A program made the translations under genes and the position numbers. Positions 30,107-45,004 of a stretch of 64,000 bases of DNA are shown here, piece by piece. The notes beneath the pieces were generated by a model. That model ran no database searches. It was not told where the DNA came from and saw only the letters and a program-made list of their open reading frames with translations. The DNA is from the human T2T-CHM13v2.0 reference genome, Homo sapiens. Numbering within the stretch: the first letter of the stretch is position 1; each line of letters starts with the position of its first letter. The stretch lies in assembly GCF_009914755.1 (NCBI RefSeq), contig NC_060935.1; one strand, 5' to 3'.

Positions 30107-30358
30107 TTTTTTTTTTTTTTTTTTTTAGACGGAGTCTCGCTTTGTCGCTCAGGCTGGAGTGCAGTGGTGTGGCGCGATCTCCGCTCACTGCAAGCTCCGC
30201 CTCCCGAATTCACGCCATTCTCCTGCCTCAGCCTCCCGAGTAGTTGGGTCTACAGGCGCCCGCCACCACGCCCAACTGATTTTTTTGTATTTTTTTAGTG
30301 GAGACAGGGTTTCACCGTGTTAGCCAGGATGGTCTCGATCTCCTGACCTTGTGATCCG
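30107..30358 (-). mobile_element. 5'-truncated AluY-like element
   Basis: Antisense with gcaagctccgcctcc. TSD gtggcctttt. Confidence 0.92.
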
Positions 30359-31769
30359 TGTGGCCTTTTCTTGTATTCTCCTGGAGGTTTTCCACAATAT
30401 AACTAACATATCATCTCCCCAGATTAGAAGTGAAACCACTAACCCTGAGTTCCTAGTGGGCGTAAGGCTTACTATTCATTCCTAATGGGTATCTGCCTTC
30501 CCTTCTGTGACAGGAGTCTGATTCTCAGTAATGTGGACTGAGCTGGGATAGTGGGGTGAGGGGAGGGATGCCCACAGCACCAGAGCTGGTACCTGAGCCA
30601 GACGCTGACCCAACACACTATATTGCCATTGCACTGTCCAGGACCTGATTCTTGGCATCTCCCTGACAGGCAGTGAATGGACCAAATATAGATCCATCCA
30701 CCAATGACCCGTTCTGGATTTTAATTCTACTCTGTCTTGAGTGACAGTGTGGCTACATTCTAGTGTCAAGAGGGAGTGTAATTCGGAGAGACATTCTCTA
30801 CCATCTTAATTGTGTCATTGTCTATCACATAACTCAGAATATAAATTCTTTATTTCTAAAGTTATGGGATGATTTTGCTTTTTCTTTCTTTTTCTTTGTT
30901 TGAACTATCTCTTTATTCCCTTACGTAAAGTCACAAAAACCTGCTTAAAAACATTAAATAATTTAAAAGCAGTAACAGGTACCTCAGAGAATGTCATCAA
31001 AAATAGTAAAAATAAGAAGGTGCTTTAAGTGCCATAAGTGTATTTGATATTTAATAACTAAAACAGTTTAAAAATCACCTGTATTTTAAATGACAAATTG
31101 ATTTCAGAATACGTGTTTGATTTGATAGAGAAAACGTTTAATTTTGAAAAACAATCTTAAGGTAACATCACCATTAAGTCTACTATAGACTAAATTCTTC
31201 GTCATTAAAGTAAATGAGAAGGAGATGACATGACTGAGACAATTTGTTGCATGGACACAAACACAGTCCTACAGTGCAAAAAAACATCTTTTTCCAAATT
31301 CTAAAGGATGAGTCGATTCCTATTAAATTTGCTTGTGCTTTCTTTCCGGAAGCACACGTCTTTGTTTTCTCAACAACTGATCTGAATGCAAGTTTGTATC
31401 TAGAGTATTTGAATAAAAACTCTTAAGCTCTCCTGGTGTATGCAGGTGTGGATTCTTTAAATAGACACAATGCACAGGGGAAAAAAATGTTTTGGAGTAG
31501 GAATCCTGGTAAAATTTTTAAACTCTAAATATCATTCCTCTCCAAAAAAAAGAAGGTGGGAGGTAGGATAAGTTATGAAACTTTCAGAATTCTCAAAAAC
31601 ATGAGGAATACTCAGCATATTTTAAAGAATTTGTACCAGTTTCCATTGCTTTGTTCAAATTTACTTTAATTCACCTTTTGTGCTGTTGCAAAATGTAAGC
31701 ATTCACTTACCTGTACCCCTGCTTCAGAGCTTGGTTATCCCATTAGTCCTGGTTTGTCACCACCCAAAC

Positions 31770-34700
31770 TCCCATGAAACCCCAGAGAAAGATTTCACCC
31801 TCACATCTTAGGAAACTGCTCTTTCCCATTTTCTAAAGACCTCCACCTTCCCAAACTCGACTGTCTTTCTTACCTTCGTTTTCCTCAACTTCTCTAAGGC
31901 GTTTCATTTATTTCATAAGCATTTATTGAGCAACTACTAAATACCAGATACTTGACAACACTGATTGTTCCTTTTTCTCTCTAACCCTCTTTCTTTCATT
32001 TTCCTGATGCTACTACTCTGGTATATTCCTACATTTCTGGCCTCTCCTCCGTGCACCCCTACCGCTTGAAGTCCTTCTCCAGCCCCTCTCTTCCCCTGCG
32101 CATCAGAATGGTAGCATTTCCCAAGACTTCAGGCTTGAATTTCTACTCTTCTCTTGCTACAAAGTCTTCCTTGGAGAACTTTACTTTCTTAGCTTCAATT
32201 ACCATAATTCTAAAGATGCTTCTTAGATGTACAGTTTTTACCAGGTCCAGGTTCTCATATCTCCAGAATATTTTTATTTTTTATTTTATCATGTCACCAC
32301 AACCTCAAAGCCAACATATTAAAAACTGCATTCTTCTTCCCCATCAAAACCGACTCTTTCCCCGACCTTCTTGACTTCTCTTATTAATCATAGTGCTGTT
32401 TTGGGGGGGTTGGGGGGTGTGTGTGTCTTTTCCCTTGAAAGGTCTCTTAAATATGTCCTTTCCTTGTCATTTCCAGTATTTCTGGCTAGCCTCTGTTTTA
32501 CCATTTCCCATCCTCTCAGTTTCCTCATCCCCAGCCCATTCTAGAATCTATCCTCAGACTGAACTTCCAAAAAATATAAGAGTCATAGTACTCTTCTGTC
32601 CAAAAAATTTAGTGGTTTCCATACGTTACAACATAAACTGTAAATTTTTGCAGCCAAGTTTTTAAGACCTTTAACATGTCCATTATTTTCAACCAAAAAC
32701 AAATTGTTTTCAACAAATATTTACTGAAAGCTTCCTGTGTTCCAGGCACTAGCACTTGGGATGCATGCATGAGTAAAAACAAGCAAAGCCCCCACTTCGT
32801 GGAGCTTACATTCTAGCAAGAAGCAGACAGACAATAAACAATAGATGTACTCCATAAGGAAATGATATAGGACATAATAGAATGGCAAGTGCTACACAGA
32901 CAGAAAAACTAGAATAGAGTAAGGGGATCAGGAGTATTTTCTGGGGAGGATGCAACTTGAAATATGTTCTCCTTGAGAAGATGACATTTGAGCCAAGACT
33001 TGAAGTAGACAAAATCATTTAGCCATGTGGATAATGGGGAAAAGAGTACTCCAGACAGCAGAGACAGCCAGCGCAAAAGTCTTAAGGCAGAAGTATTCTT
33101 GGGGCACTTCAGAAACGCTGGGGTACAGTAAGCAAGGAGATGAGTCTTAGGAGATGAAACCCTGTTTCAGGGAACAGGGTCATGTAAAGCCATTATGAGG
33201 ACTTTGGTTCTTCCTGTGAGCGTCATGGTGGACCATTGTAGGGTTTAGAGCAGATCAGGGACACAATTGAACTTGCGTTTTCAAAGGATCATCCTGTCTA
33301 CTGTGTTGAAACTAGACTAGGGCAGGGTGGATGTGGAAGCAGGAAAAACAGTTGGAAGGCTGCCACAGTAATCTACATTACTGTAGAAATTGCCCTGGAT
33401 GGAGCCTGGATATTATCAGAAGAGTAAAGAAAAGTCAGCAGACTCTGGATGTATTTTGTAGGTAGCACCATCAGGAATTGCTAAAGAATAGGCTGTGAAA
33501 GATGAGACAGAGGAGCCTAGAATGACTCTACAGCTTCAGGACTCAGTCACCACAAAGACAGGCTGCCATCAACTGAGATAGGAAAAGTTTCAGATAAAAC
33601 AAATGTGGAAAGGAAGAATGGAGTTCATATTTGGATGTGTGGAGTTTGAGATGTCTACTAGACATCCAATCATAAATGGATATCCAAGACTGAAGTCCAC
33701 GTCTGGGCTGGAGATACCCATTTGAAACTCGATTACATCTATATGGCATTTAAATCTAGTATCTCCAATTGTACTCATTCCTTACCACTGCACACATCTT
33801 TTCTGCTTCCTGTCTCTTTGTTCTTGCTCACAGATGCCTGCTGTCTACAAGGTCATTCTCCTTCCTCCTAACCTGTCCACATGCTTCTCATTCCAGCTTA
33901 AGTCCCATCCCTTCCCACAAAACTTTCATCAACAATCCAAAGTGTACTCTTCCCCCTCCCCTGCTCTTTCACATGTGAATGTCTGATTTCTCTCACTAAA
34001 ATAAGATCTCTTTGAGGACATCTGCTATATGTTCTAAAGTTATTTTGCATCCCCTGTGGCATATAGCCCCGTGCTTTGCACTAAGTCAGTGCCAACTGGT
34101 ACATAAGACTGATTGTTTTATGACAAAACTTCAGAAGTTTTGATCTGGATATTTGCCATCTCATGAACTTTATTCCTCTATTAATCACCATGTGGTTATT
34201 TGTTAAACTTATTTAGAATAGGTGTATTTCCCCTAGGCTTTTTGGCATACACATAAAGTATAGATTGCTAATTCAGATAAAAATCATCAATTAAAAAGCA
34301 CTTTAAAAAGCAAAGTAGAGACAGTCTGCAAATATACAAAGGATCCAGCCTGGACCTCCTCAATTCCCAGGCCCTCCTCCTTCCCAGAGTTGTCTAAGTC
34401 CACATCGACCTCAGTCAGTCAGATACTCCCCCTCTTGCTCAGCCAGGACTGCGTAGATTAGAGTTGACCACCCCACCTCCACAGGAACCTTCTAAAGGCC
34501 TTACTCATATGTATATCTGTGGTTCTCCAACGTCAGAGAGCATCAGAATCACCTGGAAGGCTAGGCCCCACCCTAGGGTTTCTGATTCGGTACATTTGGA
34601 GTAGGGTCGGCGAATTTGCATTTCTAGCAAGTTCCTAGACAATGCTGATGCTGCTGGTCCAGGGATCACATTTGAGAATCACCGACGTATATTCTTTGAC

Positions 34701-36360
34701 TTGTCTGTCTGGCTTTGACCCCTGCCTGGTTCTGCCCAGTTTTGAATTGCTCTCCTATGCCAGCCTGCTTGATGTGCACTAGAGCGGTCGTAGTAACTGG
34801 CCATACCACCACCCCGCCCACACCCTGACTTTCTGTATTTCAGTCTCAGAAGTTGAGGGTCAATTTGTGCCCTTGACCTTAATTTCTTTCTGCCTTTTCA
34901 AGACCTCTTTCCATCATTCTGTCCCTCTCTTCTAAGCCATTAGTCTTCCCTCTGTCCTCTTCAAATATTTTCAACTCTCTCCCACTCATAAATGCATAAA
35001 TAGATATAAGAACATAAGCAAACCTCTCCTTGACACCATAATTCTCTCTAATTATCACTCAATCTCTTGTTTCCCTTTCTCATTCAAACTTCAAGAAGAA
35101 ATAGTCTCCCCTTCCTGTGTCTACCTCCTCCATTGACATTATTGTCTGGCTTCCAGCCACCCCGCACTTCTGAGTTATTCTTGGTAAGCTCAATGCCAAC
35201 CACTGAATTGAAAGTAAGAGATGTTTTTCTGTCTTTATCTTCCTGAACTACTCTGTTGCCTCTGATTTTTTTTAATTTCTTTCTTGAAATCTCTTCCCCA
35301 GAATTCTAGGATGCTTTATTCCCCTGGTTTTTCCTGTTTCTTCTCCAATTAGTCTTCCCTTATCTTCTTCATAGGGTTCTCCTCTCCTCCTCTGACAACC
35401 ATTCAAATGTCACTGTTCCCCAGGCTTCCATCTTTAATCATTTAGTCCACAGCTTCCAAACCTGTGTGTCAGAAATCAGTGTTATAGGCATTCCAAAGAT
35501 ACTGATCCTCTTAGCTCTTGGAAGTAGCCTGACCTGTTTACCCCAGTATGCCAGGTGCTCATTATTCTTTTCTATGTGTGCCACCATGTGACTTTATCTT
35601 TCAATCACTCCCCCAAGGGATTTCATCCTCTTTCTTGGTTTCATTACCATCCACATCACGATGGTTCTGAAACTTATGTACTGAGAGCAATTCCATGGTG
35701 GAAACTTGAGATTCACCCTTGAATCTTCTTCTCTCTCATGTTTAAATAATGTTCAAACCTGTCTGATCCTTGCCCTCCCATCCACCACTACTCAGTCCCC
35801 ATCAGCTCTTGCCTGGATTATTCTAGAACCCTCCTGACTGATCTTCCCGCAGCTTTGTGATTCTCAAAACCACCTTCCTCTCAGCTGCCAGAAAAGTCTA
35901 TATAAAATGCAAATCAAACCAACATCACTGTCTTTCTTAAAAGCCCCCAATGGCGTATGGCCTAGAGGATGCATTCCAAACTCTTCCCTATACCAGAAAC
36001 ATCATGATTGACCCCTACTCATTTCCCCAGCCTCACTTCCTGCCACTTCCTCTTTCTGTCCTTGCCTCCAGGACTTTGCCCGTGCTGTCTTCCTACCTAT
36101 TTTGCCATCACCACACACACCCTACCTTGCTTTAAGCCCCAACTCAGGTATCACCCTGCCTTCCCTGAGTCTCTCTCCCCGCTACAAGGAAGTGATGCGT
36201 TCTGGGTTTCTCTGACTATCCTAGGTGTATTTCTGTTCTTGCACTTAGCACGTTTGCATCACAATTATTTTATTTTAAAGTATTTCTCTCCCCACTAGAT
36301 AGCCATGTTCTTTTGTATCCCCAGTTCTGACACACAGAAAACACTCAATCAATAATCAAT
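31770..36360. mobile_element. Cluster of L2 fragments in both orientations, with a MER5A at about 34520-34685
   Basis: L2 3' motifs (caacaaatatttactga; tttggatgtgtggagtttgagatgtct; ctcaatcaata). MER5A gtggttctcc...catcagaatcacctgg...tttgagaatcac. Confidence 0.65.
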
Positions 36361-37409
36361 AAATCAATGTGACCTTAGGCTTTTCCAAAAGTAGAGCATC
36401 ACACACAATTCTAGAAGCAACATTTAGATTCCTTTGGAACAATCATAAGATCAGTAAGCTTTAAATTTGAGGCTGATTTCAAAGAAGTATTTCAAGCTTC
36501 TTTAATTATAGCATATATGGACCAAATCCTGTCAAAATTAGACACAAATGATGATTCAAATAACTTTGTTTTGCTGAAATAAGGCTGCATGTGGCTTTAC
36601 TTGAATTAAATAATACATTGTCTTGGAACCTGGATTTGTTTTTCTTCTTCATTTTGTATCGGTGTTTTGTATGAAGCTTGTTAGCTTTCAAGGAATTTTC
36701 ACATGTATATCCTATTTTTGCCTTCTAATCCTCTGAAGACAGCTAAGAAGAGGTGATTATACCCATTTTACACATGAGGAAAATGGAACTGAGAGATTAT
36801 TATTGTTCCAAGCCAGTGACTAATGTGTAACTGTGATTACCAGCAACCTCTTTTCTCCAATGCACCATACTACCTCTGGTTGTAGCTTTAATTTCTTCCT
36901 TTCTTCCTTCCTTTCATTCTTTTTACAATCCAATTTGACTCACAAATCAAATATATTCTGGACTATCTACAAATTCAACCAGATTAGAGAATAATTTTGG
37001 TTATGTGCCTCATACATACATTTGTTTTTATATTCTGCCATACACACTGATGCTGAATTCTGTACCAGCTGAATTTGCTGGTAAGCCAGCAACACCTCAA
37101 CTATCATGTATTTAATTTTAATTAAATGGAAGTTGTCTAACCTACTACAGAACAACAATTATAATAATTATAGTTAGAAAACATCTTAGAATTCCTCTAG
37201 TGGAACCACTAATACAGTGTATAAATGCTTTCTAGAATAGGCCAAACAAAAGGTTCTCTTATTATTTCTTCACCATCCTCAGTAATAAGGTTCTCACTAT
37301 CCCTAGAAGCAATGCTGTCAATTTTAGAACCTTGGGGAAACGTTTTACTCTATAGTCTGTTATCTCTCTGTAATTCCCTCATGGTGAAAACAGCATATTT
37401 TTCTGGTTG

Positions 37410-37622
37410 TTGATACTACAAACTGACCTAAGTCTGGATTCCAGCTCTATTGCTTATAAGTAGCTGTGAGACCTTGCAAATAATTTAGTCGCAGACCTCA
37501 GTTTCCCCATCTGTAAAACAGATCAAATGAAGCAATACATGTAAATTGCCAAGCACTACAACATCTTCAGGAAGTGAATATAGTAAGTGCTCAATAAATA
37601 TTTGTTAAATGAATGAATGATT
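37410..37622 (+). mobile_element. MIR / L2 end
   Basis: agctgtgagaccttgcaaa...cctcagtttccccatctgtaaaa; taagtgctcaataaatatttg. Confidence 0.7.
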
Positions 37623-38211
37623 CCTTATTTATCCTCGGCCTTATTTTGAAGCAGTAACTCCTCATGTTGAATCACCGATTTTCAAAAACAAAACATTTAT
37701 TTAGTGCAGTAAACCAATAACAAACAACTTTCTTCTTAGGAACGTAATCTTCTTAAAACTCCTGCTGACCTGCTCACTCCCATCAGGTATAATAGGGCAG
37801 GAATACTGTTATGCTGTAACCTGAATCATACAAATCTAACTTCTACCTCATGTATTTAGAAGCATCATTTCAAGTTGCATCCAATCCTTGGACTTGTGAT
37901 TAAAGCATAATTTGTAAACCTTGCCAGAGTAAATCTTGACAAGTCAGAGTACAAGGAAGGGACTTTGAAGAGCTGTTGTGTAGATGATGGAACAGTGTTT
38001 CTGTCACTTAGTAGAGCTTAGATGAGTCTCTATCAAAGATCAGGAGACACGGCTCTATTGAAGCTACTCTATCAAAGCCACTTCAAATCCAGGAATTCTA
38101 TCATTCTATCAAGAAAATGACATCACAATGATCAGCCCCCTAAACATGTCCTTTGGGAGCTTAACCTAATGATTCCATCCACATTCGTTGTGACTATTCC
38201 ATTTGCTTAAG

Positions 38212-38321
38212 TCCCAGGAGACTACAGCAAACGAGTGTATCAAGGAGTGAGAGTGAAGCATACAGTCAAAGATCTCCTGGCAGAAAAACGATCCGGGCAG
38301 ACAAGTAACTCAAGACTTAAT
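38212..38321 (+). CDS. POU2AF2: POU2AF2 coding exon 2 (110 nt) encoding the OCA motif: (V)PGDYSKRVYQGVRVKHTVKDLLAEKRSGQTSNSRLN
   Basis: Acceptor ttgcttaag| at 38211 and donor AAT|gtaagt at 38322. YQGVRVKHTVKDLLAEKR aligns with the OCA-B motif YQGVRVKEPVKELLRRKR. Overlaps ORF 38235..38468. Confidence 0.95.
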
Positions 38322-38567
38322 GTAAGTCCCAATTTAATATATTCTGAGGTGCTTGCAGGTTCTCTCTCCTCTCCCTTTATCCACACACCAATCACCTACT
38401 TCCTGGGTCTGGTATTCTCAAAACAAAGCCTTCCTTTAACTGGCACGCAGTATAGAATTATTCTGTGACAGACAATCTTTCTCTCACTTAGTGGTGCCAG
38501 CATTTACACCTTAACTTACACTCCCTCTACTTCAATCTCATCCTAGTCTATTTAATGCTGGTTTTCC

Positions 38568-38613
38568 TGCCCTTTTTGAAAGAGTTTTCATGCCCTTTTT
38601 GAAAGAGTTTTCA
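38568..38613. repeat. Perfect 23-bp tandem duplication
   Basis: TGCCCTTTTTGAAAGAGTTTTCA x2. Confidence 0.9.
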
Positions 38614-39474
38614 TGCTTTGTTCATCTGCTATTGACTATATGCCCTTGGAAACAGAATTCCTATTCCCTCATAACTGGATGTCATGTAAATCACATAAAT
38701 CACAGTCAATAAATGCTGGTGCTCCTCCTGACTGAGGAGCCTGATGGAGTGGAGGAACACCAGTAGAGAGGGGCCCTGGCCCTTGCCGGGAACCAGTCAT
38801 GTGGCCCTGGGAAAGTCATTTTACTCTTCTGGACCCAATATGAAATGAGTTAGGCAAAATGACCTCTGGGGTCCCTTCCAGCTGTAAATATCTCTAATCA
38901 TGGCACGTCTGTTAGCAGCCAGCAGGCGCGCCAGGAGCTCTGTGATCTTACTGGCTGGCTACTGTAGTTCATGGCAATTAAAAGATGGTGTGTCCTGACT
39001 TTTTCATTTCCCCAAGCCATGGATTACCAAGGGCTTGGTTGGTGGGAATAATACTCACCTTCATCCACGTAATTGTTACTCTAAACCCAACAGAGATAAC
39101 TTAAAAAAAATCTTCTGTGTAACATGCAAAATCAGATTTTAAAATCCTAGTAGGAGATGTTCTGAGTCTAAAATCTTTATCTGCCATCCATGTCTTTATA
39201 AATAGTTCTACTGTATACCCCAAATGTTTAAGTAGTTGCACCAGATCTCCAGAAATGATTCTAAAATGGCAATATCATTTGGTTACCAAGATCAGCATAT
39301 AAACACCTATTCTATCAAGTAAAATATAATCACATGAATGTCAGGCATCTGTTGGCACCTGCTGGGTGCAGAGCATGAGAGCAGATGAACAGAAATAAAT
39401 GAGACAACCATGTCCAGTACCTAGTGCAGGGGCTGATACGCAGCAGGTACTGGTTCTTCCAGCATGTATGCTGA

Positions 39475-39901
<427 letters not shown>

Positions 39902-40063
39902 GTTATCCTTTCTTTTAAACCACCACCTCTCTTCTAGTTAAATAAATGGAGCTTATCTGCTACAGAGAAGTCTGAATAATTGGCTCCTTGTCTGCTCCTA
40001 GTTCAGTGCTTCTCACAGTGCCTGCTCAGAATCACCTGGGGTGTGTGATAAAAATATCAATAC

Positions 40064-40370
40064 AGCAGGGCACAGTATCTCATGACTGTAATCCCAGCAC
40101 TTTGGGAGATTGAGGCAGGCAGATCACTTGAGGCCAGGAGTTCCAGACCAGCCTGGCCAACATGGTGAAACCACATCTCTACTAAAAATACAGAAATTAG
40201 CCCGGTGTAGTGGCTCATGCCTGTAATGTCAGCTACTCAGGAGGCTGAAGTGGGAGGATCATTTGAACCTGGGAGGCAGAGGTTGCAGTGATCTGAGTTC
40301 GTGACACTGCGCTCCAGCCTGGGCAACACAGTGAGACTCTGTCTCAAAAAATAGTAATAATAATAAAAAT
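40064..40370 (+). mobile_element. Alu
   Basis: Sense Alu with TSD aaaatatcaat. Confidence 0.92.
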
Positions 40371-41519
40371 AAAATATCAATCCAAATCTAGTCTCTTGAG
40401 AGAGAGAGAGAGAAGGAATTCAGAATCTACTTAAAATGAACCACAGCTTCAAGTGGAAGTCACGCGGGTTGCTTGACCACAGTAACTGCAACTAACATGA
40501 GACAGCAACTAAATTATGAATGTTGATGAAAGTTTCAGGCAAACTATCAATTGGAAAGGCAAGAGTTGCACATATGGGTAATATCCATTGTCAGGGAATA
40601 AACATGGTGTCTGCCCAGGGTGAATGAGTGTGTAACTCACACCTTGTATCATTATCAATGCCTGTATACAAATGATAAGGCACTATACCAGAGTTATAGA
40701 AAAAGAAAAGTTACATTAAAGGGCATGAAGGCATATATCCAAATGGCGGACATACTTTTTTCTTTAAAATTTACCTAATATGACTTCTTGCTCAAGATCT
40801 GTGACTATCAAGTCACGGATTTTGTTTCTTTTCTTTATTTTTTGGTGAGTTTTTACTTTTTATAAAATGAGACAATGTAGACATAATTAATTATAAGCCA
40901 TATTATTTTATTTCATTTTAAAATACAGATCCCTGGACCTGTCCCATGTCTACTATTATTGGGTTGGAGCCAAGGCATGGTCATTGTGTCATTTTTTTTA
41001 CAAGCTCCTTGGATGGTGCCTTTGCACTTCATTGTTTGAGAACTTTGCCATAGAATAAAGAGCAAGTGTCTAAGCCTCACATGTCACAGCCAAGGTTTTT
41101 ATCTCTCTTCAGATAAGAACTTGCTGAGGTCTTGCTATTGACCCAGTGACAGTGGGTCTTTTATGGAGAAAGTGGATACAAGAAACACATGTAATATATA
41201 GTTTGTGCCATTGGACACCAAATAACCTGGTGAAAAGAAAAAATACTTACACATTTGAAAAATACAACAACTTAGCAACCAAGCCCTAGACTGAAACTGA
41301 AGACAAAAGACCAGGCAGCATAGACATGTAATATGAAGACTATAATAACATGTATGTAAGGACAGTTTAAAGGGCACTTTCTCATGTGTTGTTTCATTTG
41401 ATAGACACACTAACCCCGAGATTGATATTTACAGTTTCCCAGTTTACAGATGAGTGCATTGAGAACAAGAGAAGCGAAGTAATTATTTCAAAGCTGCACA
41501 GTTTACAAGTAGCAGATGA

Positions 41520-41856
<337 letters not shown>

Positions 41857-42552
41857 TAAAGGGAATGGCCAAAGGGGACTAGAATAGAATAATCGCTGAT
41901 ACAAGCAAACAAACGGGTTTTTTAAAAAGAAATATACCACGTAGAGATAACTTCTAGAACAAAAAAAGTACGCACCGGTTCTAACCATGGTAGCTATTCT
42001 CAGGCATCAAGTGCATAGATGATATGAACTCATCTTTAACTTCCTGTCCCCATCATATTACCCAGCATCTCAACACTAGTATCTTACGCTCATCCTCACT
42101 TCACTGACTTTTTGAATTCAGATAATTAAATGCATAAAGTCCCAAAATGCGGTTATTTGGACTTTAGACATTTGCATGAATTGCCCTTACTGTCCACCTA
42201 CTGATGTTTCATCCTCTTAACCACTACTCTAGAATATCTGTAAATCTCAAGGATATCATATGCATTAGTCATTGACTCTTGAGGACCTATTTCTGTCCCT
42301 GTTGCAAACGCAATCCAATAAGAAAGAATCATGGACCATCATGTTACGGGAGACACTGTGGGGCTCTGATTTGATGGCTCATACTGAGACCACCTCCCCT
42401 TTTTCATACCAATGCACTAGGACACAATGATTCTCATATATCGAGTAAGTTAAGTTAGAGAAGTCATTCATTAGACATGCTCAAAATTTGCAGCTGACAG
42501 CATGAGTAATGACCAGTCAGAGGCCCTACCATGTGGTTTACCATAAATGCAT

Positions 42553-43042
42553 TGTAATAGGTTAAAAAAAAAATGGGAGCCCCAAAGATCCCATGCCAAA
42601 TCCCTGGGACCGGTGAGTTCTGCTTTATACGGCAGAATCTGTGGTTAAGTGAAGTATCTTTAGAAGAGGCCCTTACCTGGCATTATTTAGGTGAGTTCTC
42701 AGTATAATCACATGTATCCACAAGTATCCTCCCTCACAAGGGGGAGTTTTGAGAGAGAAACACACACACCGGGGAGAAGATACACAAAAGATGAGGAGGC
42801 AATGTGACCACTTAAGCAGAGATTGGAGTGATGAGGCCACAGTCAAGGAATATCTACCAGTAGCCACCAGAAGCTTGAAAAAGCAAAGGCAAATTCACCC
42901 CTAGAGTCTGGAGGGCACACAGCCCTGCCAACACCTTGATTTTGGACTTCTGGCCTCCAGAATTATGAGAGAATCAATGTTGCTAGTTTTAACCCACCCT
43001 GTTTGTGATAATTTGTTACAGCCATCCTAGAAAACTAATACT
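42553..43042 (+). mobile_element. MLT1D-like MaLR LTR
   Basis: cagagattggagtgatgaggccacagtcaaggaa ... ggacttctggcctccagaattatgagag ... aaactaatac. Confidence 0.82.
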
Positions 43043-43487
43043 CACATATTCTGCATATTCTGAAAACTATGTCCCCCGCCGGATAGGCATACTTCAGGAA
43101 GTATCTATTGGATGCCCAAATTGCTGCTCTTTTATTTGTGACGACACTGATAAATTTACACAAGACTCTGTTGATCCATCTTTACCGCAGCTTCCCTCAT
43201 GAACATCTGTTTTTGATACCATGAAATGTTTTTCACATCTTTGCAGTAGGAACAAGAAAAAATATCCCTTGCATCAAAAGAGACTTTTACCAAAGACTAG
43301 AAATTAAAACCACTTCTATACATTTTAGCTACAATTCTGTGGTTTCACAACTATTGCTATGTATGTCTATTTTTAAATAATGGTTTTTCTTTTTTCTTTC
43401 TTGAATTTTTCTGTTATTCTTTACCACACTACTAGATCTTCTACCAAGATATATAAATGTGAGCCGTTCACCACCATCTAGTACCAA

Positions 43488-43489
<2 letters not shown>

Positions 43490-43518
<29 letters not shown>
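43490..43518. repeat. (CA)n microsatellite
   Basis: About 14 CA units. Confidence 0.9.
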
Positions 43519-43520
<2 letters not shown>

Positions 43521-45004
43521 ATTAAGTTCTGATTGCTGCTTTTTTTGAACTACACTATTTCAATTGAGTTCTATAAAAGCTAAACATCGAATTATTTTCA
43601 AATAACATCATAAAATTCAATAACCTCTTTATTATATGTAGAAAAAAGGCAATAAACCTAATAGTCACAATTTTTCAGTTTTGTTTTGAAAGTTGGTGAG
43701 TGATTTTCAGATCATTGTTCCTTTTAATCAAGTTTTTCTTAAGCTATCTTATGGATTTATTTAAAATTGTTGAATATACATCAGCTGACATGAGGGGGGA
43801 AAAATGTAAAACTTGCTGTGTAGGAAAAGAAATCAGCTTGGAATTGAAACTGTTGGGGAGATGGGGAAGTGTCGTGTAGTGTAGGGGAAGCTAAGATTGA
43901 GCCTAGGAATCAGGATTTGATGTTCAATTTATTTGTTGATTTATGAACAAAGTAACAGCTCTTTTGCTCGGCTCATTCATCAAAATGCTATAGCCAGGAA
44001 CAGTAAGAAAATAGACATGAAAATTCCTTCAAGTTAATATCCTACATAAACCTAAGGAAAAATAAATGAAGATTTCTGGCTCTGTTTTTAGAAGGTCTGA
44101 ATTGAGTAAAATGTTAAAGAGAAATATCCCAAGTGAGAAATGTATTTAGATAATAACAGCCTTGATTTTTACATGCTCTACATATAGAGACCAAAAGTGA
44201 ACTATTTCCACACAGCGTGATTCTTGCATGCCAATCTCAAGTGTTTGCTTTTCAAATCAGTATTACTTACAGTTATTTTCTTTCTGTACATTATCCTAAA
44301 TTCTTACATTTAAATTATTTCACTGCTAAAATCTCTACATCAAGGGCATACAGGATAAGGCAATATTGTCAGCTGGGTTTCTTGGTTAATAATCTTTCCT
44401 AATTATTTTGGAGGGTTAATATTACAAGCAACGGATAGAAGTATGACAATAGTACGTATTTGATGGGAAATTTTGGGGGAACAGAAGGTGAATAGGCACC
44501 ATTTGGTGTGTTTATGACATAGAGCAATTGCCATAAAGTTGGGCAGACTTTAACTGTAGAACAGATGTGCATTGTCTATCTTAGTCGCTAAAACCGCCTG
44601 TCCTTCCAGCAAGACTGCTAGTTGGACGTTTGTTTAGTTACACATTCAGCTGCTGCTTTGCTATACCAATTGTGCACAATTCAGTTACCACAAGTGTAAA
44701 CATCATGACATCTAGATCTGTGATTTGCATTTGGATTTCTTGTGAAGTATTAAGAGGAAAAAATACATGCAATTGGAAGCTGCATATTCTATCATCTCAA
44801 AGTTTCTTTGATTTCCATGAAACTTTGGGTAACACATCTCTCCTCCACCAAAAGAGAAGCTGCTCCTTCTTTCGTCTGTTTGAACCCCTCCTTCTGGCTA
44901 CAAATGGTCTTGGGTAATTCCCTTCTCTTCTCTGAGCCTCAGTGTCCCTGTCCATAAAAGCAGAGAGTTGGGCCATGCGTCTAAGATTTCTCTAGTTTCT
45001 GTGC

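Noticed and set aside
38169-38210. In-frame intronic ATG just upstream of exon 2 as an alternative start
   Set aside because: The frame ends at TAA 38208-38210, immediately before the exon.
38235-38468. ORF-track 77-aa protein starting at GTG as a standalone gene
   Set aside because: The start is an internal Val codon of exon 2 and the tail is intronic. The spliced model explains it better.
38915-38940. GCCAGCAGGCGCGCC as a CTCF site (also a weak match near 56512)
   Set aside because: Only partial matches to the core, which is insufficient without binding data.
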